Shown: positions 29,629 to 40,591, counted from the first letter of the stretch. The stretch is 64,000 nucleotides of DNA from an uncultured Atopobium sp. (GCA_963518165.1 CAUQHX010000003.1:34480-98479); one strand, 5' to 3'. Numbers and translations are program-made. Notes: generated by a model not told the origin, from the letters alone.

Positions 29629-32409
29629 GTGGCAGACGATAAAAATATGAATGATGATCTTTTTGGTGCAGATGAGGACCAAGATCTTGATGCACAAAAC
29701 GATATGGATGAAGAATACGAAGATGACGAGGTAGAAGAAGACTCTGACGAGTTTGACCCAGAGACTGGAGTAAATCTAGTAACGGGAGAGACTTCACACA
29801 TCATCTCTGATGAGGCTGGTACCCGTCTTGACCTCTCTGACATTCACGGTGGCACCCTTAAGCCAACCGACTTGTCCTCAGAGATGAAGACTTCCTTCCT
29901 TGAGTATTCCATGTCCGTTATTGTTGCTCGTGCACTTCCAGATGTTCGAGACGGTCTAAAGCCTGTTCACCGCCGTATTCTGTACGCAATGAGTGAGGCT
30001 GGCATTACGCCAAACCGTCCACATAAGAAGTCTGCATGGGCAGTCGGTGAAGTCATGGGTAAGTACCACCCACACGGTGACTCCGCTATTTATGACTCCA
30101 TGGTCCGTATGTCTCAGGACTTCTCGATGAGACTTCCTCTGATTGATGGCCACGGAAACTTTGGTTCTATCGATGGCGATCCACCAGCAGCAATGCGTTA
30201 TACCGAGGCACGTCTTACTAGAAGTGCTATGGAGATGCTGGCAGAGCTTAACAAGAACACCGTTGACCTTCAGTCAAACTATGATGAGTCACTGACAGAG
30301 CCAGCGGTTCTTCCTGCTCGTTTCCCAAATCTTTTGGTTAACGGTTCTTCAGGTATTGCAGTTGGTATGGCTACCAACATTCCTCCTCACAACCTGGGTG
30401 AGGTAACTAACGCTGTCTGCATGATGATTGAAAACCCTGACGTTACCACTGAGGAGCTCATGACCGTTCTACCTGGTCCTGACTTCCCAACAGGCGGCAT
30501 CATCATGGGCACTCAGGGCATCAAGGACGCTTACGAGACTGGCCGCGGTTCTATTACGGTCCGCGCAAAAGTCCACGTTGAGCAGGTTAAGAGCGGTCGT
30601 CAGCGCCTTGTTGTTACTGAGATTCCATATCAGGTTAACAAGGGTCTTCTTCAGGAGAAGATTGCTCAGGCAGTCAACGAGAAGAAAATTGAAGGCATCT
30701 CTGACATGCGCGATGAGTCCAACCGTAAGGGTATGCGCATTGTTTTGGACCTTAAGCGTGATGCTGTACCACAGGTTGTTTTGAACAATCTCTATAAGAA
30801 GACTCAGCTTCAGTCCAATTTTGGCATCATTGACCTGGCTTTGGTTGACGGTGTTCCTCGTACGCTTTCCCTCCGCGAGATTCTTCGTCACTACATTGAT
30901 CACCAGATTGATGTTGTACGCCGTCGTACTGAGTTTGACCTGGATAAGGCTCAGAAGCGCGTCCATATTTTGGAAGGCCTTCTGACCGCAGTTGATAACA
31001 TCGACGAGATTGTCCACATCATTCGCAGCTCGCAAGATGATACTGAGGCAAAGAAGCGCATGAACGAGCGCTTTGGCTTGGATGAGATTCAGGGTGAAGC
31101 AATCCTTCAGATGCGTCTGCGTCGTCTTACCGGCCTGGCACGTCAAGATCTTGTTGACGAGATCTCCCAGCTCAGGCTTGATATTGCCTACTACGAGGAT
31201 CTTCTCGCCCACGAGGAAAAGATTCTGGCAGTTATTGCTGATGAGCTCCGTGAGATTTCCAACCGCTACGCCGACAAGCGCCGCACACAAATCTCTGACC
31301 AGGATATTCAGAACTTGGACGTTGAGGACCTTATTGCTGAAGAGGATATGGTTGTCACCGTCACTCACGCAGGCTACGTAAAGCGCGTTCCTGTTGAGAT
31401 TTATCGCTCCCAAAAGCGCGGCGGCAAGGGCGTACAGGGCGTCTCTCTCAAAGAGAACGATTTTGTCGAGAACCTCTTTGTCGCTTCTACCCACGATTAC
31501 GTGCTGTTCTTTACCAACTTTGGTAAGGTGTACCGCCTCAAGGTCCATGAGCTTCCTGTTGGTAACAGAACCACTAAGGGTAGCGCCATCATCAACGTCA
31601 TCGAGACACTTGCAGAGGGCGAGAAGGTCAAGGCAGTTATTACTACCCGCGACTTCCCAGAAGACAACTACCTGATGTTTGCTACCAAGCAGGGTATGGT
31701 TAAGAAGACGGCAATGTCTGAGTACGACCGTACACGCAAGGACGGCCTCATTGCAATTAACCTCAAGGACGGCGACGAGCTTGTTAACGTCCGCCGCGTC
31801 CACCCAGGTGACAAGGTTGTTCTGTGCTCCTCTGACGGCAAGGCAATCCTGTTTGACGAGGCTGAGGCAAGAAGCATGGGCCGCGGTACCTCGGGCGTCC
31901 GTGGTATTACGCTCAAGGGCGACGCAACTATGCTTGGCATGGAGATTACCAACGGCAATGGCGACCTCTTCGTTATTACCGAGAAGGGCTATGGAAAGCG
32001 CACCGCAATCTCTGAGTATCCAGTCCATAAGCGTGGTGGCCAGGGCGTCTTTACCATCACAATGACGGAGAAGAAGGGTAACCTGGTTGCCTGCCGCGTT
32101 GTTGGTCCTCAGCACGAGATTATGATCATGTCCGAGGAGGGCGTTGTAATCCGCGTCAAGGCTGGCGATATTTCCAAGCTTGGCCGCTCTACGCAGGGTG
32201 TCAAGGTCATGAATCTCTCTGGTAGCGACGTTGTTTCTGCTGTTGCTCGTATGGTTGCCAATAAGAAGAAGGCTCCTAAGCACGCAGAGAACCAAGGCAT
32301 GCTTGATCTGATGGCAGCGGGTGCTCGTGATGCTGATGAGGCAGAGTCCGTTGACCTTGGAGATGAAGACGAAGTACTAGACGATTCACTGCTGGATGAT
32401 GACGAATAA
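29629..32409 (+). CDS. gyrA: DNA gyrase subunit A
   Basis: [16 protein letters not shown] and GyrA-box QKRGGKG. Confidence 0.98.
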   Translation: MADDKNMNDDLFGADEDQDLDAQNDMDEEYEDDEVEEDSDEFDPETGVNLVTGETSHIISDEAGTRLDLSDIHGGTLKPTDLSSEMKTSFLEYSMSVIVARALPDVRDGLKPVHRRILYAMSEAGITPNRPHKKSAWAVGEVMGKYHPHGDSAIYDSMVRMSQDFSMRLPLIDGHGNFGSIDGDPPAAMRYTEARLTRSAMEMLAELNKNTVDLQSNYDESLTEPAVLPARFPNLLVNGSSGIAVGMATNIPPHNLGEVTNAVCMMIENPDVTTEELMTVLPGPDFPTGGIIMGTQGIKDAYETGRGSITVRAKVHVEQVKSGRQRLVVTEIPYQVNKGLLQEKIAQAVNEKKIEGISDMRDESNRKGMRIVLDLKRDAVPQVVLNNLYKKTQLQSNFGIIDLALVDGVPRTLSLREILRHYIDHQIDVVRRRTEFDLDKAQKRVHILEGLLTAVDNIDEIVHIIRSSQDDTEAKKRMNERFGLDEIQGEAILQMRLRRLTGLARQDLVDEISQLRLDIAYYEDLLAHEEKILAVIADELREISNRYADKRRTQISDQDIQNLDVEDLIAEEDMVVTVTHAGYVKRVPVEIYRSQKRGGKGVQGVSLKENDFVENLFVASTHDYVLFFTNFGKVYRLKVHELPVGNRTTKGSAIINVIETLAEGEKVKAVITTRDFPEDNYLMFATKQGMVKKTAMSEYDRTRKDGLIAINLKDGDELVNVRRVHPGDKVVLCSSDGKAILFDEAEARSMGRGTSGVRGITLKGDATMLGMEITNGNGDLFVITEKGYGKRTAISEYPVHKRGGQGVFTITMTEKKGNLVACRVVGPQHEIMIMSEEGVVIRVKAGDISKLGRSTQGVKVMNLSGSDVVSAVARMVANKKKAPKHAENQGMLDLMAAGARDADEAESVDLGDEDEVLDDSLLDDDE

Positions 32410-32431
32410 GCATTTCAGCTATACGTAATTT

Positions 32432-32466
32432 GAAGAGCTCAAGGGGTAATTCCCTTGGGCTCTTTT
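32432..32466 (+). terminator. gyrA terminator
   Basis: GAAGAGCTCAAGGG-GTAATT-CCCTTGGGCTCTTTT. Confidence 0.75.
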
Positions 32467-32554
32467 CGTTTACCGAGAAAATCAGCGCGCTAACGGTAGT
32501 GATTTTTATATAAAAGATGTGTCAATTGTTTAAAAGTAAGCCATAGAGCAGGAT

Positions 32555-33061
32555 TTATGAGAAATCCTCAGGGGAGACATCCTCAATAAACTGACGGAAT
32601 TCCTCAAGTTCTTGGGCCTGAACGTCCTTCTCGACATCAGTAAAGTCTGGAGCAGCAGCAATTTCTAGAACGCTCTCGTCTGCAAAGATGGGAGCGTTTG
32701 TCCTTACTGCCAGCGCAATTGCGTCGGATGGGCGAGCGTCCACGTAAATATGCTCTCCCTCTTTGGAGATGAGCTCAATTTGCGAGAAAAACGTGGTGCC
32801 GCGGACGCCCACAATGCGTACGCTTTTAATATCTGCATCCAAAGAATCAAGAACGGAGCGGAGAAGGTCATGCGTTAGAGGTCTCTCGGTAGACTCCTGA
32901 TCAATGCCAAGACTGATAGCAGATGCCTCAATGTTGCCAATCTTGATAGGAAGACTTAAAGAAGAGACGCCGCGTGGGTCATGAAGACGCAGAACAATTA
33001 CGGAAGAGATAGGTCCTCCTCCGACAACAACCGTCTGTATGTCCATACGCTTCAGCGACAC
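32555..33061 (-). CDS. bifunctional nuclease family protein (DUF151)
   Basis: LPIKIGNIEA, RPLTHDL and DARPSDAIALA. GTG 33061 follows SD GGAG (alternative start ATG 33046). Confidence 0.9.
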   Translation of the reverse strand: MSLKRMDIQTVVVGGGPISSVIVLRLHDPRGVSSLSLPIKIGNIEASAISLGIDQESTERPLTHDLLRSVLDSLDADIKSVRIVGVRGTTFFSQIELISKEGEHIYVDARPSDAIALAVRTNAPIFADESVLEIAAAPDFTDVEKDVQAQELEEFRQFIEDVSPEDFS

Positions 33062-33172
33062 AAATACTCCAAATAGCACGTCTTTTATCAATCTTTGGGC
33101 AGATAGTCTACGACTCTCTGTTCTGTTTTCATACCCAGTTTCAAGAAAGTTTAAAACAAAACAAAAAAAGTG

Positions 33173-33201
33173 TTGACCTATGAGAATTATGGAGGTATTA
33201 T
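33173..33201 (+). promoter_or_regulatory. promoter of the tRNA-Ile/Ala pair
   Basis: TTGACC, 17-nt spacer, TATTAT, with an A-rich UP element. Confidence 0.75.
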
Positions 33202-33214
33202 TTTTCCCTGCGTT

Positions 33215-33291
33215 GGGCCTGTAGCTCAGTTGGTCAGAGCGTCCGGCTGATAACCGGGAGGTCACAAGTTCAAACCTTGTCAGGCCCACCA
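33215..33291 (+). tRNA. tRNA-Ile(GAU)
   Basis: GGGCCTGTAGCTCAG...CTGATAA...GTTCAAA...CCA. Confidence 0.97.
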
Positions 33292-33378
33292 CTTTATGTG
33301 ACAATAGTCACCCCAACGTTAGCCGAGTCGCCGTTGGGGTGATTATTAAAACCTTCTGGGCCAACCAGAAGCCAGTAC

Positions 33379-33454
33379 GGGGAATTAGCTCAGCTGGGAG
33401 AGCGCGGGCTTTGCAAGCCTGAGGTCAGGGGTTCGATCCCCCTATTCTCCACCA
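33379..33454 (+). tRNA. tRNA-Ala(UGC)
   Basis: GGGGAATTAGCTCAG...TTTGCAA...GGTTCGATCCCC...CCA. Confidence 0.97.
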
Positions 33455-33461
33455 AATGTTC

Positions 33462-33491
33462 AAGGCCAGGGATTTTCTCCCTGGCCTTTTT
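33462..33491 (+). terminator. tRNA operon terminator
   Basis: AAGGCCAGGGA-TTTTC-TCCCTGGCCTTTTT. Confidence 0.8.
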
Positions 33492-33642
33492 GCTTAGACG
33501 TCAAAAACATACCGATAGCCGCCAATATCAGCCACTTATCGAATAGTTGAAATATTTTCGAAAAAATTTGAGTACGATTTACACAGAAGTATGTTCTTTT
33601 CATTGGAGCTGTGGATAACCACAAGGAGAGAAAAGAGTTCTT

Positions 33643-34782
33643 ATGTCAAACCTTACTCGTCGAAACTTTTTTGGTGTCAGCGCAGTTGTAGCAGGTTTGG
33701 GTATCACAGCCTGCAAAAAGTCCGATTCTGATACTAGCGAGAAAAAAGAATCTGACACCAACTCTACCGATGCTGTTGGCGCACCAGAAGAGCTGGTAAA
33801 GGCAGCAAAAGAAGAGGGTAAGCTGATTGTTTATGGCTCTTGTGAGGAAGAGTACCTAAACGCAGTTTGTGCAAACTTCAAGAGCCTGTACGGCATTGAT
33901 GTTCAGGCACAGCGTCTCTCAACTGGAGAAGTTGCTGCAAAGATCGAGGAAGAGAACGGTCATCCTTCAGCAGATGTTTGGTTTGGCGGAACAACCGATC
34001 CTTACAATGTCACCTCCTCAAAGGGTCTTCTTGAGCAGTATGAGCCAAAGAATGCATCACACCTTATTTCCGATAAGTTCAAGAGTACCAATAAAGACTG
34101 GTACGGAATTTATAAGGGCATTCTGGGCATTCTGTACGATAAGGATGAGCTTCAGCGTCTTAAGCTTGATGTTCCTCAGGATTACAAAGATCTTATCGAT
34201 CCTAAGTATAAGGGTCTTATTTGGTCTTCCAACTACAACACCGCAGGTACTGCAAAGTTGATCATCAACACCGTTATTCAGAAGTACGGTCATGACCAGG
34301 GTATTCAGTATCTTGTTGATCTTGATAAGAACATTGCTCAGTACACCAAGAGCGGTTCTGGTCCTTCCAAGGCTATCGGAACAGGCGAGTGCACCATCGG
34401 AATTGGTATGCTCCATGACGGCATTTATCAGATTGTTGATCAAGAGCATGAGAATGTTGGTCTTCAGATTCCAAGCTCTGGCGCATCATACGAGGTTGGC
34501 GCAACCGCAATCTTCAAGGGTGCTGCACATCCAAACGCAGCTAAGCTCTGGATTGAGTATGCACTTTCACCAGCATGCGTTGACCTTGCACAGAAGAATG
34601 GCTCTTACCAGTTCCTGGTAATTGACGACGCAAAGCAGCCTGAGATTGCTACTGAGTACGGCCTTGATCCAAACAACGTTATGGATTACAACTTTGAGGA
34701 TGCCAAGAAGCATACCGAGCAGTATGTCAAGGACGTTATGGAAGCTCTTGGTGGCGGAGACAGCCGCTTCAAGACAGAGTAA
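33643..34782 (+). CDS. ABC substrate-binding lipoprotein (FbpA/AfuA family, Tat-type signal)
   Basis: TRRNFF...LGITAC signal. RLSTGE, ADVWFGG, MLHD, YEVG and HPNAAKLWIEY. Confidence 0.88.
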   Translation: MSNLTRRNFFGVSAVVAGLGITACKKSDSDTSEKKESDTNSTDAVGAPEELVKAAKEEGKLIVYGSCEEEYLNAVCANFKSLYGIDVQAQRLSTGEVAAKIEEENGHPSADVWFGGTTDPYNVTSSKGLLEQYEPKNASHLISDKFKSTNKDWYGIYKGILGILYDKDELQRLKLDVPQDYKDLIDPKYKGLIWSSNYNTAGTAKLIINTVIQKYGHDQGIQYLVDLDKNIAQYTKSGSGPSKAIGTGECTIGIGMLHDGIYQIVDQEHENVGLQIPSSGASYEVGATAIFKGAAHPNAAKLWIEYALSPACVDLAQKNGSYQFLVIDDAKQPEIATEYGLDPNNVMDYNFEDAKKHTEQYVKDVMEALGGGDSRFKTE

Positions 34783-34921
34783 AACCAGCGCCGGCACACA
34801 AATAAACAATGTTGTTGCTCAAGCTTTGAGTGGCAGATTATACTGGGTAGGCAGAGATCTGCCTACCCAGTTCTACATAGAGCTTTGCGTATAGGTTTAG
34901 TGTTTCAGAGTTAGGACCAAT

Positions 34922-36631
34922 ATGGCAAAATCCCAGAGCGCTCGACTTGAGCGAAAAAAGCTCCTTGGCGATCCAATTTTGATAACGACCATTGTCGTTC
35001 TTATCGCCTTCTTAACCCTTTTTATTTTATATCCACTTGCCATTCTTATGGTTGACTCTGTAGTCTCCGATAATGGGATTAGTTTTGATGTATTTACGCG
35101 CATCTTGGCTTTGCCTTCGTTTGATCGCGCAATTACCAATACCCTTAGAGTTGGTTTTGCGGTAGGCATTTTATCAGCGCTTATTGGTCTTCTTTTTGCG
35201 TATGTTGAAGTGTATGTAAAGCTTCGTACAAAGTTTATGACAGGACTTTTCCGCGTGGTTTCCATGCTTCCTGTTGTTTCTCCGCCATTTGTTCTCTCGC
35301 TTTCCATGATTATGATGTTTGGTAAGAAAGGCCTGATTACTCGAGGTCTTTTGGGAATTTTTGACAACAACATCTATGGTTTCTGGGGCATTTTTATTGT
35401 TCAGACCATGTCGTTCTTCCCTGTGTGCTACATGATGCTTAAGGGCCTTCTTAAAAACATTGATCCGTCTCTTGAAGAAGCAGCCCGCGACATGGGAGCA
35501 AGCCGCTGGAAGGTATTTACCAGCGTTACGCTTCCTCTTATTTTGCCTGGCTTAGGCAATGCTTTTCTCGTCTCATTTATTGAGTCAATTGCAGACTTTG
35601 CTAACCCAATGATTATTGGTGGTTCGTACGATACCCTGGCAACAACCATCTACCTGCAAATCACCGGCGCATACGACAAGCAGGGCGCAGCTGCAATGGC
35701 TGTTGTCCTTCTTTCCATTACGCTGCTCATGTTTGTTGTTCAGAAGTTTGTACTGGAAGCAAAGAGCACGTCCACGCTCTCGGGCAAAGCAACGCGTGCC
35801 AGGATGCTTATTACAGATAACTCTGTTCGCATCCCGCTCACTATCCTTTGCGCGCTGGTAGCACTCTTTGTTATTGGCATGTACCTCTGCGTTCCTTATG
35901 GTTCGTTTGTTCGTTCCTGGGGTTCTAATTACGAACTAACTACCAAATGGTTTGAACAGGTATTTACCAAGTATCACGGACTACAGGCATTTAGCGATTC
36001 GTTTACGCTCTCGCTTATTGCGGCACCAATTACCGCTCTGCTTTCGATGATTATCTCCTATCTGGTAGTAAAACGTCGTTTCCGTGGTCGCGGCTTTATC
36101 GAGGCTGTATCCATGCTGGCCATGGCAGTTCCTGGTACGGTTTTGGGTGTTGGTTACATTCGCGGATTCTCAAGCGGTGTCATGCACACAGGATTTTTGC
36201 AAGGCCTGTATGGCACAGGACTTATCTTGATTATTGTCTTTGTCGTACGTTCGCTACCTACAGGAACGCGCTCTGGTATCTCGGCGCTTCGTCAGATTGA
36301 TAAATCAATCGAGGAGTCCGCATACGATATGGGCGCCGACAGCTTTACGGTGTTTATGACCGTTACGCTGCCTCTGATTAAAGACTCGTTCTTGTCGGGC
36401 TTGGTAACGGCGTTTGTTCGTTCCATCACCGCAATTTCCGCAGTTATTCTCTTGGTCACACCAGAGTTCCTGCTCATTACTGTTCAGATCAATGAGTTTG
36501 CAGGCAAGGGTTCCTATGGTATGGCCTGCGCCTTTGCAACAATTCTGATTGTTATTACCTATGGCTCGGTATTGCTTATGAATTGGGCCATCAAACACTT
36601 TGGCACCAGCCGAGCACTCAAGGAGGAGTAA
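34922..36631 (+). CDS. ABC permease (FbpB/AfuB family, duplicated)
   Basis: Two EAA loops: LEEAARDMGAS and IEESAYDMGAD. Confidence 0.92.
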   Translation: MAKSQSARLERKKLLGDPILITTIVVLIAFLTLFILYPLAILMVDSVVSDNGISFDVFTRILALPSFDRAITNTLRVGFAVGILSALIGLLFAYVEVYVKLRTKFMTGLFRVVSMLPVVSPPFVLSLSMIMMFGKKGLITRGLLGIFDNNIYGFWGIFIVQTMSFFPVCYMMLKGLLKNIDPSLEEAARDMGASRWKVFTSVTLPLILPGLGNAFLVSFIESIADFANPMIIGGSYDTLATTIYLQITGAYDKQGAAAMAVVLLSITLLMFVVQKFVLEAKSTSTLSGKATRARMLITDNSVRIPLTILCALVALFVIGMYLCVPYGSFVRSWGSNYELTTKWFEQVFTKYHGLQAFSDSFTLSLIAAPITALLSMIISYLVVKRRFRGRGFIEAVSMLAMAVPGTVLGVGYIRGFSSGVMHTGFLQGLYGTGLILIIVFVVRSLPTGTRSGISALRQIDKSIEESAYDMGADSFTVFMTVTLPLIKDSFLSGLVTAFVRSITAISAVILLVTPEFLLITVQINEFAGKGSYGMACAFATILIVITYGSVLLMNWAIKHFGTSRALKEE

Positions 36632-36634
36632 CAC

Positions 36635-37714
36635 ATGGCTACAGAGAAAAAAGGCGTTCGCCTTGAGCACATTTCCAAGATTTATCAGGATCAGAAGACT
36701 GGAAAAGACTTCTACGCAGTTCAAGACGCTAACATCACTATTGCTCCTGGCGAGTTTGTAACGCTGCTTGGTCCTTCTGGCTGCGGAAAGACTACCATCC
36801 TGCGCATGATTGCTGGTTTTGAGAGCCCTGATGAGGGAAAGATCTTCCTCGGCGACGAGCAGATTGATGAGCTCACTCCAAACAAGCGCGACACGGCAAT
36901 GGTATTCCAGAGCTATGCACTGCTTCCTCACTACAACATCTTTGACAATGTTGCCTATGGCCTCAAGCTCCGCAAAATGGACAAGGCAGTAATTCGCGAG
37001 AAGGTCCTTCATATCCTGGGTCTTGTTGGACTTGAGGGTATGGAAGAGCGTATGACCAACCAGCTTTCTGGTGGTCAGCAGCAGCGTGTTGCTTTGGCGC
37101 GCGCTCTGGTTATTGAGCCAAGCGTTCTCCTCTTTGACGAGCCTCTTTCAAACCTTGACGCTAAGCTGCGCGTTGACATGCGTAACGAGATTCGCCGCAT
37201 TCAGCAGGAGGCTGGCATCACCGCTATCTACGTTACACATGACCAGTCAGAGGCAATGGCGCTTTCTGACAACATCATCATTATGAAAAAGGGCGTTGTG
37301 GATCAGGTTGGCGATCCACAGACGGTTTACTATCACCCAGCAGATGAGTTTGTTGCAGACTTTATTGGTGAGTCCAACTTCCTGCACGCAACCATTGCAG
37401 ACAAGCTTGATTCTGAGACTGCACTTTGCCGCTTTGAGGGCCATGAGTTTGAGGCCAGCGGATGCTCTCACCTGGATAAGGGCAAAGAGTGCTGCATTGT
37501 TCTTCGTCCAGAGTCCGCACGCCTTGCTGATGAGGGAACGCTTGCCTGCGAGGTAGTGCTTTCTCGCTTCATGGGTCACTACCAGAACTACCACGTTATG
37601 GTTGGAGATACGCTCATTAAGATTACGGACTTCAACCCTCGCACCCACAAGATTTACAACGTTGGTGACCACGCCTTTGTTGACTTCACCAAGGACGAGG
37701 TTCACGTTCTGTAA
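36635..37714 (+). CDS. ABC ATP-binding protein (FbpC/AfuC/PotA family)
   Basis: GPSGCGKT, LSGGQQQR, DEPLSNLD and a TOBE tail. Confidence 0.93.
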   Translation: MATEKKGVRLEHISKIYQDQKTGKDFYAVQDANITIAPGEFVTLLGPSGCGKTTILRMIAGFESPDEGKIFLGDEQIDELTPNKRDTAMVFQSYALLPHYNIFDNVAYGLKLRKMDKAVIREKVLHILGLVGLEGMEERMTNQLSGGQQQRVALARALVIEPSVLLFDEPLSNLDAKLRVDMRNEIRRIQQEAGITAIYVTHDQSEAMALSDNIIIMKKGVVDQVGDPQTVYYHPADEFVADFIGESNFLHATIADKLDSETALCRFEGHEFEASGCSHLDKGKECCIVLRPESARLADEGTLACEVVLSRFMGHYQNYHVMVGDTLIKITDFNPRTHKIYNVGDHAFVDFTKDEVHVL

Positions 37715-37737
37715 GTGTTTTAGTTAAAGCAGTAACG

Positions 37738-37774
37738 TATGGCGAGAAGATCCGTTGGTCTTCTCGCCATTTTT
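37738..37774. terminator. terminator built from an inverted GGCGAGAA pair
   Basis: ATGGCGAGAAGA-TCCGTTGG-TCTTCTCGCCAT-TTTT between convergent genes. Confidence 0.8.
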
Positions 37775-37775
37775 G

Positions 37776-38774
37776 TTAGATGGTGGATTTGAGCCAATTA
37801 AGCTTGCACGTAAGCAGCTTGTGGTCGGGCTCAAGCGAGGGATCTTTGATTCTTTTAAGGAGCATCTTACAAGCTGCGTAGCCCTCTTCATAGACGGGTT
37901 CCACAATAGTTGAGATGCTTTTAGCAGGTAAATCGGTCCAATCAGTGTTGTTGAATCCCAACAGTCCAACTTGCTCTGGAATTACCTTTTCATAGGCATG
38001 CAAGGCATTGTAGACACTCTTGAGCGCCCACTGATTTGGTACAAACACTAGCGTTTTCTTTGACGGAAGAATGTGGTTGTTAAGCCATTGCGTAATTTCA
38101 GGGATAGACAACGTACTTTGCTCTATGGTGAGACGCTCATAAGGTTTACTTGAGGCCTCTAGGGCATCGGTGAAGCCAGATTCTCGTTCAATCCTGGTGC
38201 GACCTTTTGGCTCTCCACCAATGATTAAAAAGTTCTCATATCCACGTTCAATGCAGCGCGACGCTGCTGAATAGACTCCGTCATAGAGGTCACTTTTTAT
38301 CCAGGAAGTATTAAGGGTAAGAAGGTCGCAGTCAAAATAGACAACCGGTTTTCCAACTTTAGCAATGCGCCTATCCACCGCCTTAAATTGATTGGTGGGC
38401 TGGATGAGCATGCCATCCGCTCCAATTGAGAGCATCTTCTCGACCCAGTCAGCTTCAAGCGTGGGGTCAAAGCGAGAATTACAAATAATTGTCTGATATC
38501 CGGCTTCAAGAGCAGCATCTTCAATACCGTTAGTCATTTGAGCGGCCCAGGCATTAGTGTTGTCCAATATGAGAACAGCAATAATTCCAGAGCTCTTTTT
38601 AACCATGGCTTGAGCCTGGGCACTTGGAATATATCCCGTATTTTCAATTGCTTTTTTGATACGTTGCTTAGTTGCTTCGGACATCTTTTCAAAGTGTCCA
38701 TTAAGGTAATTTGAAACGGTGGCAATGGAAACATTTGCTAATTTTGCAAGGTCAATGATAGTGGTCTTAGACAT
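37776..38774 (-). CDS. LacI family transcriptional regulator
   Basis: HTH TIIDLAKLANVSIATVSNYLNG, followed by a sugar-binding domain. Confidence 0.95.
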   Translation of the reverse strand: MSKTTIIDLAKLANVSIATVSNYLNGHFEKMSEATKQRIKKAIENTGYIPSAQAQAMVKKSSGIIAVLILDNTNAWAAQMTNGIEDAALEAGYQTIICNSRFDPTLEADWVEKMLSIGADGMLIQPTNQFKAVDRRIAKVGKPVVYFDCDLLTLNTSWIKSDLYDGVYSAASRCIERGYENFLIIGGEPKGRTRIERESGFTDALEASSKPYERLTIEQSTLSIPEITQWLNNHILPSKKTLVFVPNQWALKSVYNALHAYEKVIPEQVGLLGFNNTDWTDLPAKSISTIVEPVYEEGYAACKMLLKRIKDPSLEPDHKLLTCKLNWLKSTI

Positions 38775-38851
38775 TGGCACTCATTTCACCGAAATTCTTA
38801 CAATGTACTTGCAAAATACCAACGTTAGTGAGTCTGCTGGATTCCACGTTG

Positions 38852-38865
38852 GTTAAACGTTTAAC
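38852..38865. promoter_or_regulatory. probable LacI-family operator
   Basis: Perfect palindrome GTTAAACGTTTAAC with central CG in the divergent promoter. A weaker copy TTAGACGTTTACC lies at 38891. Confidence 0.7.
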
Positions 38866-39026
38866 AAAATTCATCATATCACAAGGTAGATTAGACGTTT
38901 ACCGAAATCTTCTTTCAAAAAAGATTGAAACAATGCAAAGTATGAGTTGGAAACGTACGTCGTCAAAAGACGTGCTCGTGCGCCCCGCTTAGGGGCTCAC
39001 AACTTACTTTGCGAGAGGACATAACC

Positions 39027-39347
39027 ATGAACGTCGTTGCTGTATGCGCTTGCACGGTTGGAATTGCTCACACCTGGATGGCAAAAGAGGCCATTGAGAA
39101 AGAATGTGAGCGTCGCGGCTATGAATTCAAGGTAGAGGCTCAGGGCGGTTATGGCATTGAGAACGAACTTGAGCAGGACGAAATTGATGCTGCAGACGTT
39201 GTTCTTCTCGCCATTGCAATTGGCATTGAAGGCGATGAGCGTTTTGACGAGAAACGCGATGAAGGTCGTGTTCTTACGCTGGACCCATCGCTGGCCATCG
39301 CAGACCCAGCAAAGGTTATTGATCAGGTAGTTGCGCTGGCTGAGTAG
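39027..39347 (+). CDS. PTS fructose-family EIIB
   Basis: CACTVGIAHTWMA and VEAQGGYGIENEL. SD GAGGA. Confidence 0.93.
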   Translation: MNVVAVCACTVGIAHTWMAKEAIEKECERRGYEFKVEAQGGYGIENELEQDEIDAADVVLLAIAIGIEGDERFDEKRDEGRVLTLDPSLAIADPAKVIDQVVALAE

Positions 39348-39391
39348 CAAGCGCGTAAGTGATAACGCAAGGAAGAAGAGAGGAGAAACCC

Positions 39392-40462
39392 ATGGCAGAG
39401 GAAAAGAGTCCCTCAGTTTTGGGCAAGGTCGGAAAAGACCTTCTTAAGGCGTTTAACACTGGTGTTTCGTACTTTATTCCTATTGTCGTAGTTGGCGGAG
39501 TCTTCTTGGCCTTCTCGCTAGCTACGGGAACCGCAGGAAAAGACGGTATTGAAGTCACCAATCCTTTGATGCAGAGCCTTAACCTTATTGGTATGGCCGG
39601 CATCAAGATGATGATTCCTGTCCTTGCTGCTTACATTGCCTATTCTTTGGGCGGAAAGCCTGCTCTGGCACCTGGCTTTGTCCTTGGTTACCTGGCAAGC
39701 AATCCTGTTCCTGTAGGCGAGGTTCAGGTTTCTACTGGCTTCCTGGGCGCAATGGTCCTTGGCGTTGCTGCTGGCTACCTTGTCCAGTGGATGAAGAGCT
39801 GGAAGGTCAATAACACCATTCGTACCATCATGCCAATTCTGATCATCCCAAGTTTGTCTTCGCTTGCTCTTGGCATGCTCTACATCTACGTTTTGGCAGC
39901 TCCACTTGGCGCCTTCATGGATTGGCTGACAAACCTGCTCTCAAGCCTTCAGGGTGGTTCTGCAGTTGTGCTTGGCATTGTAATTGGCCTTATGACCGCA
40001 TTTGACATGGGCGGCCCAGTTAACAAGACTGCTTCTACCTTCACCATGGCCCTTATGACCGCAGGCGTTTATGGTCCTAACGGTGCATTCCGTGTTGCAG
40101 TTGCTATTCCTCCACTGGTCTGCGGTGTTGCATCCCTTATTGCTCGCAGCAAGTTTGACGACACTGATAGGCAGATGGGTATCTCCGCAGTCTTCATGGG
40201 ACTCATCGGTATTACCGAGGGCGCAATTCCATTTGCTGTTAAGGACCTTGCGCACACCCTGCCTGCAATCATGATTGGTTCTGCAGTTGGTGCTGGTCTT
40301 GCCGCTTGGCACGGTATCGAGTGCTTTGTTCCTCACGGTGGCATGATTGTTGCTGCAGCTACAAATAACATTGCCCTCTACACCCTTGATATGGCAATTG
40401 GCGTTGCAGTAGGTGTTGCAATTCTTGTTCTTACCAAGCCAAAGCTTGAGGACAACAAGTAA
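39392..40462 (+). CDS. PTS fructose-family EIIC
   Basis: TGVSYFIP, FDMGGPVNK, GITEGAIPF and PHGG. Confidence 0.93.
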   Translation: MAEEKSPSVLGKVGKDLLKAFNTGVSYFIPIVVVGGVFLAFSLATGTAGKDGIEVTNPLMQSLNLIGMAGIKMMIPVLAAYIAYSLGGKPALAPGFVLGYLASNPVPVGEVQVSTGFLGAMVLGVAAGYLVQWMKSWKVNNTIRTIMPILIIPSLSSLALGMLYIYVLAAPLGAFMDWLTNLLSSLQGGSAVVLGIVIGLMTAFDMGGPVNKTASTFTMALMTAGVYGPNGAFRVAVAIPPLVCGVASLIARSKFDDTDRQMGISAVFMGLIGITEGAIPFAVKDLAHTLPAIMIGSAVGAGLAAWHGIECFVPHGGMIVAAATNNIALYTLDMAIGVAVGVAILVLTKPKLEDNK

Positions 40463-40591
40463 CACACGGCGAGAAACGCATGTACCTGCTGGTCTTAGAC
40501 CATAAAAATTGAAGTTAAAAGGAGAGGGGCGTAGGGATTCAACCCCCACGCCCTTCTTATTACCAAGAAACACTCTTGGGAAGGGGTAAAT

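Noticed and set aside
30469..32295. 608-aa minus-strand ORF (likewise 42537-44042, 52331-53614, 28754-29554, 63027-63845)
   Set aside because: These are antisense shadows of gyrA, typA, purA, gyrB and purF caused by codon bias. They show no protein motifs.
33062..33304. N-terminal extension of the DUF151 ORF
   Set aside because: It is antisense to tRNA-Ile and its promoter.
33610..33618. Canonical DnaA box TGTGGATAA
   Set aside because: It is isolated, lies in an ABC-gene leader hairpin (TGTGG-ATAA-CCACA), and differs from the boxes seen at the origin.
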